From a virus: a DNA stretch of 64,000 nt. The notes below the pieces were generated by a model, which saw nothing but the letters and a program-made list of their open reading frames with translations, made no database searches and was not told where the DNA came from. Positions 37,862 to 47,494 of the stretch are shown here, piece by piece. A program made the translations under genes and the position numbers. How positions within the stretch are numbered: position 1 is the stretch's first letter; every line of letters begins with the position of its first letter. The stretch covers positions 1 through 64,000 of the IMG/VR virus record IMGVR_UViG_3300031111_000001. One strand, 5' to 3'.

Positions 37862-38419
37862 ATGTTTGGAATCGCAAGCATTGTGGGGCTTTTGGCCTCC
37901 AAAGGCATCGACATGCTGTCGGATTGTATCGGCAACGCCACCGAGAAGGGCGTCGAGGCGATCACCGACAAAGTCAAGGAAGTGACGGGCATCGACCTGT
38001 CCAACAAGGAAGAGGTTGCCAGTCTCACCCCGGAGCAGGCCCTGGAACTCAAGAAGTTTGAGACGCAGCACGCCGAGTTCTTGCTGGAAATGCGCGTCAA
38101 GGAGGCCAAGCTCTATCTGGAGGACCGGCAAGACGCCCGCGACATGCAGAAAACAGCCCTGAAGCAGGACGACAAGTTCTCCAAACGGTTTGTCCCGGTT
38201 TTGGGCGCGGCTGTGATCCTCGTCTGCCTGGGCTACGCCGTGGCGATCACTTTCATCCCCATCCCCGAGAACAACATCCGCTTCGCCGACACCACCCTTG
38301 GCTTCGCCTTGGGCACCGGCATCGCGACCATTCTGAACTTCTTCTTCGGAACCTCCCACAAGCGGGAGAGCGGCGAGATCGAAGCTGCCGTGGCGTCCAT
38401 CGCCCAGCAGAACAAATAG
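37862..38419 (+). CDS. holin-like membrane protein
   Basis: DRQDARDMQ, two TMs, ILNFFFGTS. Confidence 0.75.
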   Translation: MFGIASIVGLLASKGIDMLSDCIGNATEKGVEAITDKVKEVTGIDLSNKEEVASLTPEQALELKKFETQHAEFLLEMRVKEAKLYLEDRQDARDMQKTALKQDDKFSKRFVPVLGAAVILVCLGYAVAITFIPIPENNIRFADTTLGFALGTGIATILNFFFGTSHKRESGEIEAAVASIAQQNK

Positions 38420-38543
38420 CACATTCACAGACCGCTCTCACTCGCCCTCTGGGCGCGTTTAGCTCCGAATCCGACCTCCGGGTTGGGCCGGGTCCGCAAA
38501 ACGCCTCAGAGGGCGTTTTCTGTGGGGCGAACGAAGGACGACC

Positions 38544-39314
38544 ATGAATATTTCGCAATACAATTTCGACAAGGATATCCGGGTTATCAATATTGGCGAT
38601 GTACACCGGGGCGATCATTGCTGCGACACGGAACTGCTGTACAAGCACATCGACCTAATCGCCAAGGACGAGAACACATTTTGGTTGTCCACGGGCGACC
38701 TCCTAAACACCGCGACACGGGGCGGGAGACATGACAGCATCCACGGCAGCGACATTCTGGAGACGGAGTTCGACAACATTTGTGATGAACTGGCTCCGAT
38801 TGCTGACAAATGCTTGGGCGTCGTTTCCTCCAACCACCCTCACCGTGTCAAGAATCTCACCGGCCTCGATCTCGACAAGGTGATGTGCAAGCAGCTTGGG
38901 ATTCCCTACTTGGGGGACTTCGGCACGCTGAACGTCACTTGCGGGCGATGCAGCTATTTCATCGTCATGCACCACGGTTCGCCGGGTGGCGGCGGGCGCA
39001 TGAAGGGGGCCAAGATCAACGCCCTCGACGGCATGAGCGGCATCATCCAGGGGGCCGACATTTATCTGACCGGCCACACACATCAGTACATGACGCATAT
39101 CAACGAACGGTGCTTCGTGGACCGGAAGCGGAACATAGTGTCCTACCAGAAGGTCTACTTCAATACCTGTGCCCACTACCTGTCGTGGGACGACTCCTAC
39201 GCTCAGAGGTTGCGGCTTGGCCCGGCCCCCAAGGGCGCGACGGAGATCAAGCTGGGCGCATCCATGAACGGGCAGAACTCCAACAAGCGCGTGGAAATCA
39301 ACCTGCTCTCCTAA
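38544..39314 (+). CDS. calcineurin-like metallophosphoesterase
   Basis: GDVH, GDLL, SNH, HHG, GHTH. Confidence 0.85.
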   Translation: MNISQYNFDKDIRVINIGDVHRGDHCCDTELLYKHIDLIAKDENTFWLSTGDLLNTATRGGRHDSIHGSDILETEFDNICDELAPIADKCLGVVSSNHPHRVKNLTGLDLDKVMCKQLGIPYLGDFGTLNVTCGRCSYFIVMHHGSPGGGGRMKGAKINALDGMSGIIQGADIYLTGHTHQYMTHINERCFVDRKRNIVSYQKVYFNTCAHYLSWDDSYAQRLRLGPAPKGATEIKLGASMNGQNSNKRVEINLLS

Positions 39315-39542
39315 TTTCCTGTCTCACTCCATGGGTGGGGTGGTCCTCTTCGGGGGATCGCCCCTATCCATCCTATCACTTCTGACACGGTTGGGGCCTC
39401 CAATCGTATCATCCTTCGGGTTTCTTCAACCCACCAAAGAAAAAAGTCATTTTTCCTACATAGGGTTTGCAAAGGGTTAAAATCTGAGCTTCAGAAACAA
39501 CAAAACCCCTTGCTTTCACAAGGGGTTACGCTTCCGAGTATT

Positions 39543-39585
39543 TCAGCTTGGGAAGCTGACACTCTACCAACTGAGTTACACCCGC
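39543..39585 (-). mobile_element. attP core: 5' half of tRNA-Gly(CCC)
   Basis: GCGGGTGTAACTCAGTTGGTAGAGTGTCAGCTTCCCAAGCTGA with no T arm or 3' end; ~200 bp from integrase. Confidence 0.8.
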
Positions 39586-39663
39586 TCAGTCTCACCTTGT
39601 CCTTGAATTTCGGCTATTTAGCTTTCCATCCAAGGTTCACCGTTGCCGGTGGCTGTTCCTCTG

Positions 39664-39690
39664 AATCGGATCAAATCGGATCAAATCGGA
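39664..39690. repeat. 10-bp tandem repeats AATCGGATCA (Int arm-type/Xis sites)
   Basis: 2.7 copies; related AATCGTATCA at ~39402 on the other side of the core. Confidence 0.6.
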
Positions 39691-39780
39691 GGAACAGGGT
39701 TATAATTTCGGGTTGACATTTCCGCGTCAAGGGTTATTACGCAGTCAACCAGCCCGGAAACCGCGACCACGGAGGCTCAA

Positions 39781-41067
39781 ATGGCTGGACGACTCAAATT
39801 CAACCTGAACAGCTACCCTTGCGGGAAAACCGTCCTCGTCTACCCCGACCACAAGGAGTGGGCTGGGATTCGCATCAGAAGGACGCTCGACGGAAAGGAC
39901 GCAGCCTTCACGTTCACGTATAAAGACCACGCGAACAAAACCAAATCCGGGCACGCCGGTCTTCTCAGCGAGGGGGCAACCCCCACAAGTGCCCGCGACA
40001 GGAAGCGAGAGAAGGTAGCCCGGATCAAGCGAGAACGCAAGGGCCATCCTTTGATGCCTCCCACAAGCAAGGGGATGACGTTTAGCGAACTCTGGGCCGA
40101 ATATCAAGCCTCCAGGCCGACCAGAACCGTAAATCATGACGGCCAGTACTATGAAGGCTATCTTTTGCCGTGGTTTAAGAAGGATTTCAAGGTGGTTAAT
40201 TTCACCGCCCCTACTATCGAATCGTACAGCAAACACCTTGTGGATAACGATCCGATGGCCTTTCAGACCATGGAACACATCTTGAGTGCCCTGCATCGAA
40301 TCGTCCACTTCGGGGCCAACTTGGGCGCGATCCCAAGCCCGCCCGACAAAAAGTCGTACAAGGTTGAAGAGGCTATCGATAATGAGCGCGAGAGGTATCT
40401 CGATCCCGATAAGGAAGAAATCGATATTCTTTACGAGGGGATATGTGAGGCGACGGTTGGGGACTGGCTGTACCAGTTGGTCCGCACGTCGTTGGTGACG
40501 GGGATGCGGAAAGGCGAGTTGCTCATGATGATGCCCGACTGGATCGACTTCAAGGCCAACCGAATCGACATTCCCGCCTTTGATAGGTTCGGCAGGATCA
40601 CCAAGAACAAGAAGGGAAGGTTCACATTCTTCGACGATAAACAGGCGGTATTCCTTGAGGAACGAGCCCATACTAACCCTAGAGAGTTGATCTTCGCGAC
40701 CAAGACGGGGAACAGGATTTACCCGGCGAATGTGGACAGGGCCATGAACAAGGCAGCGTTCCTCTTCAACGAGGAATTGAAGGCCACCCTGGATGACGCT
40801 GAAGAGCAGTACAAAAAGAAGACCATCGACGCCTCGCGGCTTCGATTTGAGCGGGCCTACTACCGAAAGTGGGCCGTGGTATTTCACACCTTGAGGCACA
40901 CCTACGCGACCATTCAGGTGTCGAGTGGGGTGCCCATCGAAATGGTGGGAGCCACTATGGGGCATAGTAGCGAAAGGATCACGCGGCGGTATGGGAAGTT
41001 CATTCCCGGCAGCGTGCAGAAGTTCCAACTTGCCGGGCATGCCGCGCTCAAGCGGCACGGGCTATAA
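39781..41067 (+). CDS. int: tyrosine integrase
   Basis: TGMRKGE, TKNK, FHTLRHTYAT, MGHSS, RRY catalytic residues. Confidence 0.95.
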   Translation: MAGRLKFNLNSYPCGKTVLVYPDHKEWAGIRIRRTLDGKDAAFTFTYKDHANKTKSGHAGLLSEGATPTSARDRKREKVARIKRERKGHPLMPPTSKGMTFSELWAEYQASRPTRTVNHDGQYYEGYLLPWFKKDFKVVNFTAPTIESYSKHLVDNDPMAFQTMEHILSALHRIVHFGANLGAIPSPPDKKSYKVEEAIDNERERYLDPDKEEIDILYEGICEATVGDWLYQLVRTSLVTGMRKGELLMMMPDWIDFKANRIDIPAFDRFGRITKNKKGRFTFFDDKQAVFLEERAHTNPRELIFATKTGNRIYPANVDRAMNKAAFLFNEELKATLDDAEEQYKKKTIDASRLRFERAYYRKWAVVFHTLRHTYATIQVSSGVPIEMVGATMGHSSERITRRYGKFIPGSVQKFQLAGHAALKRHGL

Positions 41068-41245
41068 GAGGGTGCCCGTTCTTGAGGAATTTTTCGATGT
41101 CGTCGCGATGGTAGCGGATTGACCGGCCAGCGCGGCTGAACTCCGGGCCGATGCCATCGTGCCGCCAGCGGTACAAGGTGTCGGTCTTCAAACCCCAGAT
41201 CGCTTCCACCTCCTTGGGTGAGAAGTATTGCCTTTCAAAGACCAT
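41048..41245 (-). CDS. xis: excisionase (AlpA/MerR-type HTH)
   Basis: YFSPKEV..TLYRWR..GIGPEF..GRSIRY; adjacent to int; GGAGG RBS. Confidence 0.8.
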   Translation of the reverse strand: MVFERQYFSPKEVEAIWGLKTDTLYRWRHDGIGPEFSRAGRSIRYHRDDIEKFLKNGHPLIARAA

Positions 41246-41333
41246 AGTCCCTCCAAAAAGAGGGCAGGGATTTGACTCCCTGCCCTATTGCTATTTGTTT
41301 GATATCATTGAAGAAAATGTTTCACGGGAAACA

Positions 41334-41951
41334 TCAGGCGTCGAGGCCGAAAAGGTTGTAGAACAGGCTCAAGAACTTCTCGTAGCTCTGTTCCGGCGTC
41401 CACGGCTCGATGCAGAACTTCAGCGGGCGCAGCCCCCAGTCCTTGTAGTAAGGCCACTCCTTCCATCGCTCGTCCCTGAAGAAGCTCTTGGCCTCGGTGA
41501 GCAACATGGTCTTGTCCACCAAATCCACCCGGCTCCAGGGAGAACACTCGTCCTTCTTGTCGAAGAAGGGCAAGCCGAACCGCTGGGCGATACGATAGTG
41601 GATCATATCCTCCACGTTCTCGATGTGAGTCTCCATCGTCCAGGGCTGATGGCTGGGGTGTACCTTCATGCAGGTATGGGCCTTGATGGGAATCGGGATG
41701 TCGCCGATATACGCCTCGCTGGCGTCATGCATCAGTGCCCACTTCCGCAGCACGTCGTCATCTACGATCTGTTGGGCGCAGAGAATGGAATGCTGGGCGA
41801 CGGAGTAGAACTTCGGCACATGACCGCCGTACCGGCAAGTGTTCGCCAGAGAGCGGGCGATGTCCTTGATATTGATGTCTTCGGCGCGGGGGTCCAGAGG
41901 GTAGAAGTGGATGCCGCTCAAGGTGGTCTGGAATCGTCCGATACGCGACAT
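41334..41951 (-). CDS. HD-domain 5'-deoxynucleotidase (YfbR/YfdR-like)
   Basis: DIARSLANTCRYGGH..YSVAQHS..LMHDASEAYIGDI; true start 41951. Confidence 0.88.
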   Translation of the reverse strand: MSRIGRFQTTLSGIHFYPLDPRAEDINIKDIARSLANTCRYGGHVPKFYSVAQHSILCAQQIVDDDVLRKWALMHDASEAYIGDIPIPIKAHTCMKVHPSHQPWTMETHIENVEDMIHYRIAQRFGLPFFDKKDECSPWSRVDLVDKTMLLTEAKSFFRDERWKEWPYYKDWGLRPLKFCIEPWTPEQSYEKFLSLFYNLFGLDA

Positions 41952-42523
41952 CACGCAGCCTCCTTGAATCCGACACGCAGCATGGGGAGGATCATGTTCA
42001 CGATGAAGGCCTCGTATTCCTCCATGGATGCCCAGCCGTGGCCGTTGACCACCAGATTCGCGTCGTCGCGCATACTGGGGACTTCCGTCTCTGAGTTGTG
42101 GTTCGGAATCCACTCCAGGCCCAGATGTTCGGCCCGCGCCTTGCGGATGTTTTCCGGGGTGTCCACATAGACCACGCTGAAGCCAAGCTCCTTGACCTTG
42201 GTGAGTTCGTAGGTCCGCCGCACGTCGTCGCAGAGGACCATATCGTACATGTTGATCCACTCGTTGCCGTGAGAGGCTAGGGCGTCGGCCCGGAAAGACT
42301 TCTCGAAAGCGTTTACAAAAACCATTTCTCCGAAGTGACGCTTGGCGAGATCGCCGAAGTCCTGCATGAACGCACGGCACTTCGGCTGGCCCAGGCCGTT
42401 CTGGGCGTGGTAGATGGGGTCCGCGAACTTGATGACGCGGCTGTGCGGAACGTGCTTCCGCAACATGTTGGACAGCGTGGTCTTGCCAGAACACTGCTGC
42501 CCGATGATTGCAACCTTGATCAC
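41951..42523 (-). CDS. deoxynucleoside monophosphate kinase
   Basis: GQQCSGKTT P-loop, KFADPIY, R.FMQDFG, DDVRR, HNSE. Confidence 0.85.
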   Translation of the reverse strand: MIKVAIIGQQCSGKTTLSNMLRKHVPHSRVIKFADPIYHAQNGLGQPKCRAFMQDFGDLAKRHFGEMVFVNAFEKSFRADALASHGNEWINMYDMVLCDDVRRTYELTKVKELGFSVVYVDTPENIRKARAEHLGLEWIPNHNSETEVPSMRDDANLVVNGHGWASMEEYEAFIVNMILPMLRVGFKEAA

Positions 42524-42921
42524 GAAATAACTCCTAGTTTTTTCTGAATCTTCTTTTGGACTCTGTGGATCATTTTGAAGTACCCTCGAACCACAATGGT
42601 GGGCGGGGTGTTTGGGTCCATAGCCATGGACGAACAGATACCTGCTCCGTTGACCTCGCAGCACGCCGTGTAGATGACCTCCCGGTTCTCAAAGTCTGAA
42701 TGCTGCGTGATCTGAGCCGTGTTCAGGATTTCCTCTGCGCACGGGCGAGGGTCTAGCGGGACCGTCTCCATCCATGGAGTCGCAGGGTCATTCGGATCAC
42801 GCGGGAGCGGATCAGGCGGCATGAGGAGGTTCAGGATGCCCGGAATCCGAAGCCGCTCTCCATGGAGCGCGACAGCAATGAAGGCTTCTGCGAATTTGGC
42901 GTCGTCAGTCAGCAAGCACAT
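42520..42921 (-). CDS. hypothetical protein
   Basis: coupled ORF in operon. Confidence 0.6.
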   Translation of the reverse strand: MCLLTDDAKFAEAFIAVALHGERLRIPGILNLLMPPDPLPRDPNDPATPWMETVPLDPRPCAEEILNTAQITQHSDFENREVIYTACCEVNGAGICSSMAMDPNTPPTIVVRGYFKMIHRVQKKIQKKLGVIS

Positions 42922-43534
42922 CTTCGACCAGGGTTTTGGCCTCTTCCGGCAGCGCGTCGTAGACTTTGTAGGCCAATTCGCGAATCTCGAAATGGGCCTT
43001 GGGGGAGGTGCGCAGGAACAGGAAATTGCGCAGGGACCGGGCGTTGATGGTCCAGATCAGGTTGGTCTTGAAGGCTTCCGGCAGGGGGTATTTGAGTTTG
43101 TCGTTGGAGATGTCGGGGTGTTCCATCATGAGATCGATGACGTTTTGTAGGTTCTGAAGAACCACGACATTGACCCGTTCATCGCCGGTATCAACCACGA
43201 AATCGCTGATTTCGTTGACATTCGGCTTCAAAAGCCGTTTGAGGCAAAAACGAGTTGACTCAACACTCAAACTGGCTATACGGTGCCTCGCCAGTTCTTG
43301 GAGAATAGCCCTGGACATGCCGGTGATCTGGAAAGTGAAAACTGCATGTTCCAGGGTGGACGTATGTCCGAAACCGATGATCCGGTGGATCAAATCTTCG
43401 TCATTGGGTCCAATGGTTGTTTTTTTGCCATCGCTGCCAAGGACAGAGTCGAGCTTACCCTCGGACCTCCAACACTGCCTGATGGCCTTGATTGCGCCCA
43501 TGATGGGAGTGTGGGCGACCAATTCGACTTGCAT
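42905..43534 (-). CDS. thyX: flavin-dependent thymidylate synthase
   Basis: GHTSTLEH, SRAILQELARHRIASLSVESTR, NARSLRNFL..R..AHFEIR. Confidence 0.95.
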   Translation of the reverse strand: MQVELVAHTPIMGAIKAIRQCWRSEGKLDSVLGSDGKKTTIGPNDEDLIHRIIGFGHTSTLEHAVFTFQITGMSRAILQELARHRIASLSVESTRFCLKRLLKPNVNEISDFVVDTGDERVNVVVLQNLQNVIDLMMEHPDISNDKLKYPLPEAFKTNLIWTINARSLRNFLFLRTSPKAHFEIRELAYKVYDALPEEAKTLVEDVLAD

Positions 43535-43653
43535 TTGACTCCTTCTGACGGCTGTATTGAACCGCCATGTGTTGTGATTTGAGCGGGGGGGGGGTGGCTG
43601 CTTGCCCATAGCGGGCTTGTGAATGTTTGCTCATAGCCTTGGGAGAACTTGAC

Positions 43654-44244
43654 ATGATGGATGCTCTTGGCATCCTTGGGAGTGGAGACGCACTGTTGAC
43701 TGCAATGCCGCTGTCTCACATTTCTAAGGTTCCGTTTCGGCCAGCACCGTTGTTTGACAGGGGATTGTTCTGGAACAACAAGCGGGTTACTATGTTCGCC
43801 GTACCCGTTGAAGAAGCCGCTTTGGTCTTGATGTTGCGAAACGATTTCTGGCGTCCGACGCTCGACGCAGACCCAGCGGAAAGCAAGGTGCTGGTCAACA
43901 ACTTCCTGCTGCATCAACTATCCAAATCGCCAGAGGCAATAGCCCCGTTTGGCATCTGTGGTTCGTGGCACACGCTTGACATGATGGGGCAGCACGAAAC
44001 GATAAAACTGTCTGACGGACAGGCATACTTGGGGGTGGCGCACGGGATGGCGAATTTCTACTATCCAGACTTCGCCAATAACCGCGTTTTTGTGTGTAGC
44101 GTGCCCCCTCACGGGCTTTTAGGGGAGAGGGCGATTGCAGGTGTGCAATCGCCCCCAGAAAGGCCCCTAGAGCCGCTGCGCGGCCTGGGCAGCAAGGGCA
44201 CTGCGCTCGGACTTGGTCATGTTCAGGATCGCCACGTTGGATAG
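43654..44244 (+). CDS. possible counter-oriented hypothetical protein (alternatively a structured ncRNA)
   Basis: GGAG RBS + ATG; ~196 stop-free codons, but overlaps PhoH 3' end and the region is hairpin-rich. Confidence 0.35.
   Translation: MMDALGILGSGDALLTAMPLSHISKVPFRPAPLFDRGLFWNNKRVTMFAVPVEEAALVLMLRNDFWRPTLDADPAESKVLVNNFLLHQLSKSPEAIAPFGICGSWHTLDMMGQHETIKLSDGQAYLGVAHGMANFYYPDFANNRVFVCSVPPHGLLGERAIAGVQSPPERPLEPLRGLGSKGTALGLGHVQDRHVG
44130..44153. terminator. hairpin after PhoH stop
   Basis: GGCGATTGCA-GGTG-TGCAATCGCC. Confidence 0.5.
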
Positions 44245-45504
44245 ACCCTGCATGCGCTCCATGGCGTGCGCCAGTCCGCAGTTGGATTTGGTCAAGTAGG
44301 GACTGTCGATCTGCTGAAGGTCGCCCAGCAGGATCAGTTTGGACGAGTTCCCGATCCGGGTGACCAGAGTCTTGATCTCCTTGGGGGTCAGGTTCTGGCA
44401 CTCGTCCACGACCACGATCCGATTCATCAGGGACCGGCCCCGGATGAAGCAGAGGGCGTCCACTTCGATCTGGCCTTTGTCCTTGAGGTCCATGACGGTG
44501 GCACTGTCGTGCTTCAGCAGGAACTCAAGGTTGTCCGTGAAGGGTTTCACCCAGGCTTCCATCTTCTCGTCGAGGTCGCCCGGCAGGAAGCCGATCCCGT
44601 TGCCCACGTCCATGACCACCTTGGTGATCATGATTCGGTCGATGTGGTGCCCGTTGAACTTCTTGGAATGGACCACATGCTCCAGGCCAGCGGCCATGGA
44701 CAACAGGGTCTTGCCGGTGCCCGCGATGCCGTTGCAGATCACGCATTCGATCTTCTCGTCCATCAGCACGTCGGCGAGGAACCGCTGTTCGGCGTTCCGG
44801 GGCTTGATGTGGAAGATGTCGTCCACCTTGCGGATGACCCGCATGTAGCCTTCAGAGAATCGACACAGAGCCGACTGCCCGTTCATCATGTTGCTCATGA
44901 TCTGGTAGCAGCCGTTCACGCGAGGGTTTTCCACCCCAATCTCGGCGGCGTCGAGCTTGCGAAGCTCGTACAACTTGTCGATCATGCCGGGGTCAGCATA
45001 AACGGCCTGGACGGACACGCCCTCGTCGATGTCTGCCTTGTCGGTGAAGTAGGGCTGGGCCACGATGCCCAGAGCGTCAGCCTTGCATCGCATGTTGATA
45101 TCGTTGGTGACGAGAATAATCTCATGGGGGCCGAAACACGCAGTGACGCCTTCGTTTTCGGCCCATTCCTTGAGCCGCCGGGCCACGCCGATGATGTAGT
45201 TGTCGTTGGACCGGCGCAGGGCTGCATGGCTGAACTCGATGTTGTCGGAGTAGACCCGCAAGGTGCCACCATTTTCCAGAACCACCCCCGGAGAAGCCAA
45301 GGCCGACTTGTCCATGTCGCGCAGTTCGTCGATCTTCCGGGCCACGGCGCGGGCGTTCGCGCCCAACTCGCCCGGCTCGTTCTTGAACTTGTCCAGTTCC
45401 TCCAGGGCGGTGAGCGGGATCACCACTTGGTTGTCGTCGAAGCTGGTGATGCTGTCGCAGTCGTGCAGCAGCACGTTGGTGTCCAGCACGAATATCTTAT
45501 TCAC
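44167..45504 (-). CDS. phoH: PIN-PhoH (PhoH2) protein
   Basis: VLDTNVLLHD PIN; GIAGTGKT, IRGRSL, VDECQN, GDLQQID. Confidence 0.95.
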   Translation of the reverse strand: MNKIFVLDTNVLLHDCDSITSFDDNQVVIPLTALEELDKFKNEPGELGANARAVARKIDELRDMDKSALASPGVVLENGGTLRVYSDNIEFSHAALRRSNDNYIIGVARRLKEWAENEGVTACFGPHEIILVTNDINMRCKADALGIVAQPYFTDKADIDEGVSVQAVYADPGMIDKLYELRKLDAAEIGVENPRVNGCYQIMSNMMNGQSALCRFSEGYMRVIRKVDDIFHIKPRNAEQRFLADVLMDEKIECVICNGIAGTGKTLLSMAAGLEHVVHSKKFNGHHIDRIMITKVVMDVGNGIGFLPGDLDEKMEAWVKPFTDNLEFLLKHDSATVMDLKDKGQIEVDALCFIRGRSLMNRIVVVDECQNLTPKEIKTLVTRIGNSSKLILLGDLQQIDSPYLTKSNCGLAHAMERMQGLSNVAILNMTKSERSALAAQAAQRL

Positions 45505-46387
45505 TTGCCCTCGCTTTCAAGTTGAAGGGGAGTTTGTCACAGGTGAACCCTGCGGCCCCTGCATGCCCGCCACCGCCGTACTGCTTGGCGATCACGGACA
45601 CATCCACGTCGAGACGCTCGGTATACATGGAGACGTACCAGTGGCCGCTGGCCGTCCACGCGAAGGGCATGACGGCGTCGTATTCCTTCCAGTTGATCAT
45701 GGAGTCGAACAGCTTGCTCCCGCAGCCCTGCCGGTTCGCGGCAAGGAAGCGAAGGCCATGAAACTCCACAGAGAAGGCAGAGGATTTACAGGATCGCCTG
45801 AAGTCGTTCTCGATGTATTGCTGAACCGTCTCCCCCTGCCGGGTGATTTCTCCGACGTACCCACGGGAATGGAACCGTTCGCTGAAGAGAGTGGTCCACA
45901 TGAGCATCGCATTTTCATGCGCGGGATTCGTATCCTTGAGCCGCATACCGTACTGGAAGGGCAGGACCCGCCCATCAAAGGCATGATCCCACACGTCGTA
46001 TCGTCCCAGCAGGGTGACAGTGAGAGGCATGGGCAGGGGGTCGGAGGCGAAGAAGTATTCCCAGCAAAGCTCACAGGCAGCTTTGCCAAGCTCCCGCTTG
46101 CCCTCGATGAAGATGCCTTCGATGATCTCGTCGGCGCGGGCCTCCTCCATGGCCGTCTTGTGGTGGTCGATCCAGATCAGCCTGTTGCGCTTTGCCAGTC
46201 GGCGCATTTCATCCCATGGAGACAGGCTGAGATCGGCCATGATGACCTTCTCGCCCGGCGGCACCTTACTCCACGGGAATGGTTCGTTATAGTTGAAGGG
46301 GACCATTTTGCAGTCGGGGAACTTGTATTTGACCACGGCCCCAGAACAATGTCCGTCGAGATCGGCAGCGTGATAAAAGCACCACAT
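45497..46387 (-). CDS. DHH/DHHA1 phosphoesterase
   Basis: DLDG, IDHH, GGGGHAGAAGF. Confidence 0.92.
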   Translation of the reverse strand: MWCFYHAADLDGHCSGAVVKYKFPDCKMVPFNYNEPFPWSKVPPGEKVIMADLSLSPWDEMRRLAKRNRLIWIDHHKTAMEEARADEIIEGIFIEGKRELGKAACELCWEYFFASDPLPMPLTVTLLGRYDVWDHAFDGRVLPFQYGMRLKDTNPAHENAMLMWTTLFSERFHSRGYVGEITRQGETVQQYIENDFRRSCKSSAFSVEFHGLRFLAANRQGCGSKLFDSMINWKEYDAVMPFAWTASGHWYVSMYTERLDVDVSVIAKQYGGGGHAGAAGFTCDKLPFNLKARASE

Positions 46388-46388
46388 A

Positions 46389-46496
46389 CTACCACCCCAA
46401 GGCGGTACGAATTTTGACGATCTCGGCCTGGATTTCGTCGGACCACTCCACGCCGATGCAGATGCCCAGAATCAGGGCGAAGATGAACCAAGACAT
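46389..46496 (-). CDS. small membrane peptide (35 aa)
   Basis: AAGGA RBS; MSWFIFALILGICIG. Confidence 0.5.
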   Translation of the reverse strand: MSWFIFALILGICIGVEWSDEIQAEIVKIRTALGW

Positions 46497-46563
46497 GCTT
46501 TTTCCTTGTGGTATGGACGAAGAAAGGCGGGCCACCGCGAAGTAGCCCGCCTTGTGATGTTGG

Positions 46564-46698
46564 CTACACGCTCTTGAAGTCGGCAAACTTGCGGTCGGCA
46601 AGCTCCTGCTTCTTGCCCGCATTCCAGCGGGTGATCGGGCGGTAGTAGCCAACGATACGGGCCATGGTACAGGTCGTCTTGACCTTCGGTTGCGCCAT
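46564..46698 (-). CDS. standalone glycyl-radical domain of class III RNR (44 aa, not in ORF track)
   Basis: MAQPKVKTTCTMARIVGYYRPITRWNAGKKQELADRKFADFKSV; GGAGGT RBS. Confidence 0.88.
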   Translation of the reverse strand: MAQPKVKTTCTMARIVGYYRPITRWNAGKKQELADRKFADFKSV

Positions 46699-46700
46699 GG

Positions 46701-47273
46701 TCACACCTCCTTGTTCGGCTGAACCCATTTCACGGTCCAGCGATTCAGAAGATCACCGGAGAGCTTCTCCAGTGAGGCCCCGTAGTCGTCCTTGTATTTG
46801 GGGAAATCCACGATGCGGAGTTCGCGATATTTCGCGCTGGAGTAGTATTCCAGAGCGCATCGCAAGCGTCCGATGTATTCCTGTTCCGGCATGATGCTGA
46901 CCTCGCTGGTCGGCTTCAAAGACAGGATCACAGACTCAAAGGGATTTCGGATGTTCCTCGGTAGGACCAGTCCGTTGGATTGCAGTGCCAGTGGGCGTCC
47001 GAAGAAGAATCGAACGGCGTTGTGAAACTCCGGGTGGCATGTCGGTTCGCCCCCAGAGAGGACGATGCCGACCTTCTGCGTGTGAAACGCAAGCTGCATC
47101 CGGTTGAGGTGGTGCGCAATGTCCTTGAGGGAATAAACGGCCTCGCCGCGCACCACGATCTTGTTGTGGCAGAAACTGCAATTCAGGTTACATCCATTGA
47201 AGAACAGGGTCATTGCCAATTTGCCGGGGAAGTCGATCATGCCCGTGCAGAACCCGGTGAATGCCTCCATCAT
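46701..47273 (-). CDS. nrdG: class III RNR activating radical-SAM enzyme
   Basis: IDFPG..GCNLNCSFCHN, SGGEPT. Confidence 0.9.
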   Translation of the reverse strand: MMEAFTGFCTGMIDFPGKLAMTLFFNGCNLNCSFCHNKIVVRGEAVYSLKDIAHHLNRMQLAFHTQKVGIVLSGGEPTCHPEFHNAVRFFFGRPLALQSNGLVLPRNIRNPFESVILSLKPTSEVSIMPEQEYIGRLRCALEYYSSAKYRELRIVDFPKYKDDYGASLEKLSGDLLNRWTVKWVQPNKEV

Positions 47274-47494
47274 GGAACCCTCCGATCTACCTGATCGATC
47301 AGCTTGGATAGCATTTCGACCATCATGTTCCTGATCCGCTCTTTTGTGTGCTGCCTAATGTATTGGCGTTGGGCGGCAGAGCAGAGTAGATCGGTGTTCA
47401 ATGGAGAAAACCGCACTCGCTCTTGAAGAGCCAAAAGTTGCTCACGAAGGGCGAATGCTGCCAATTGACGGGCAGTCATCGCTGCCCGGCTCAT
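47270..47494 (-). CDS. hypothetical protein
   Basis: coupled ORF. Confidence 0.5.
   Translation of the reverse strand: MSRAAMTARQLAAFALREQLLALQERVRFSPLNTDLLCSAAQRQYIRQHTKERIRNMMVEMLSKLIDQVDRRVP

Noticed and set aside
39543-39585. Functional tRNA-Gly gene
   Set aside because: It lacks the T arm, acceptor 3' strand and CCA; attP core is the better explanation.
43390-44112. Two in-frame minus-strand ORFs separated by one TAG (stop readthrough or recoding)
   Set aside because: The translation is not protein-like and overlaps thyX. Many confident genes end in TAG, so the standard code applies.
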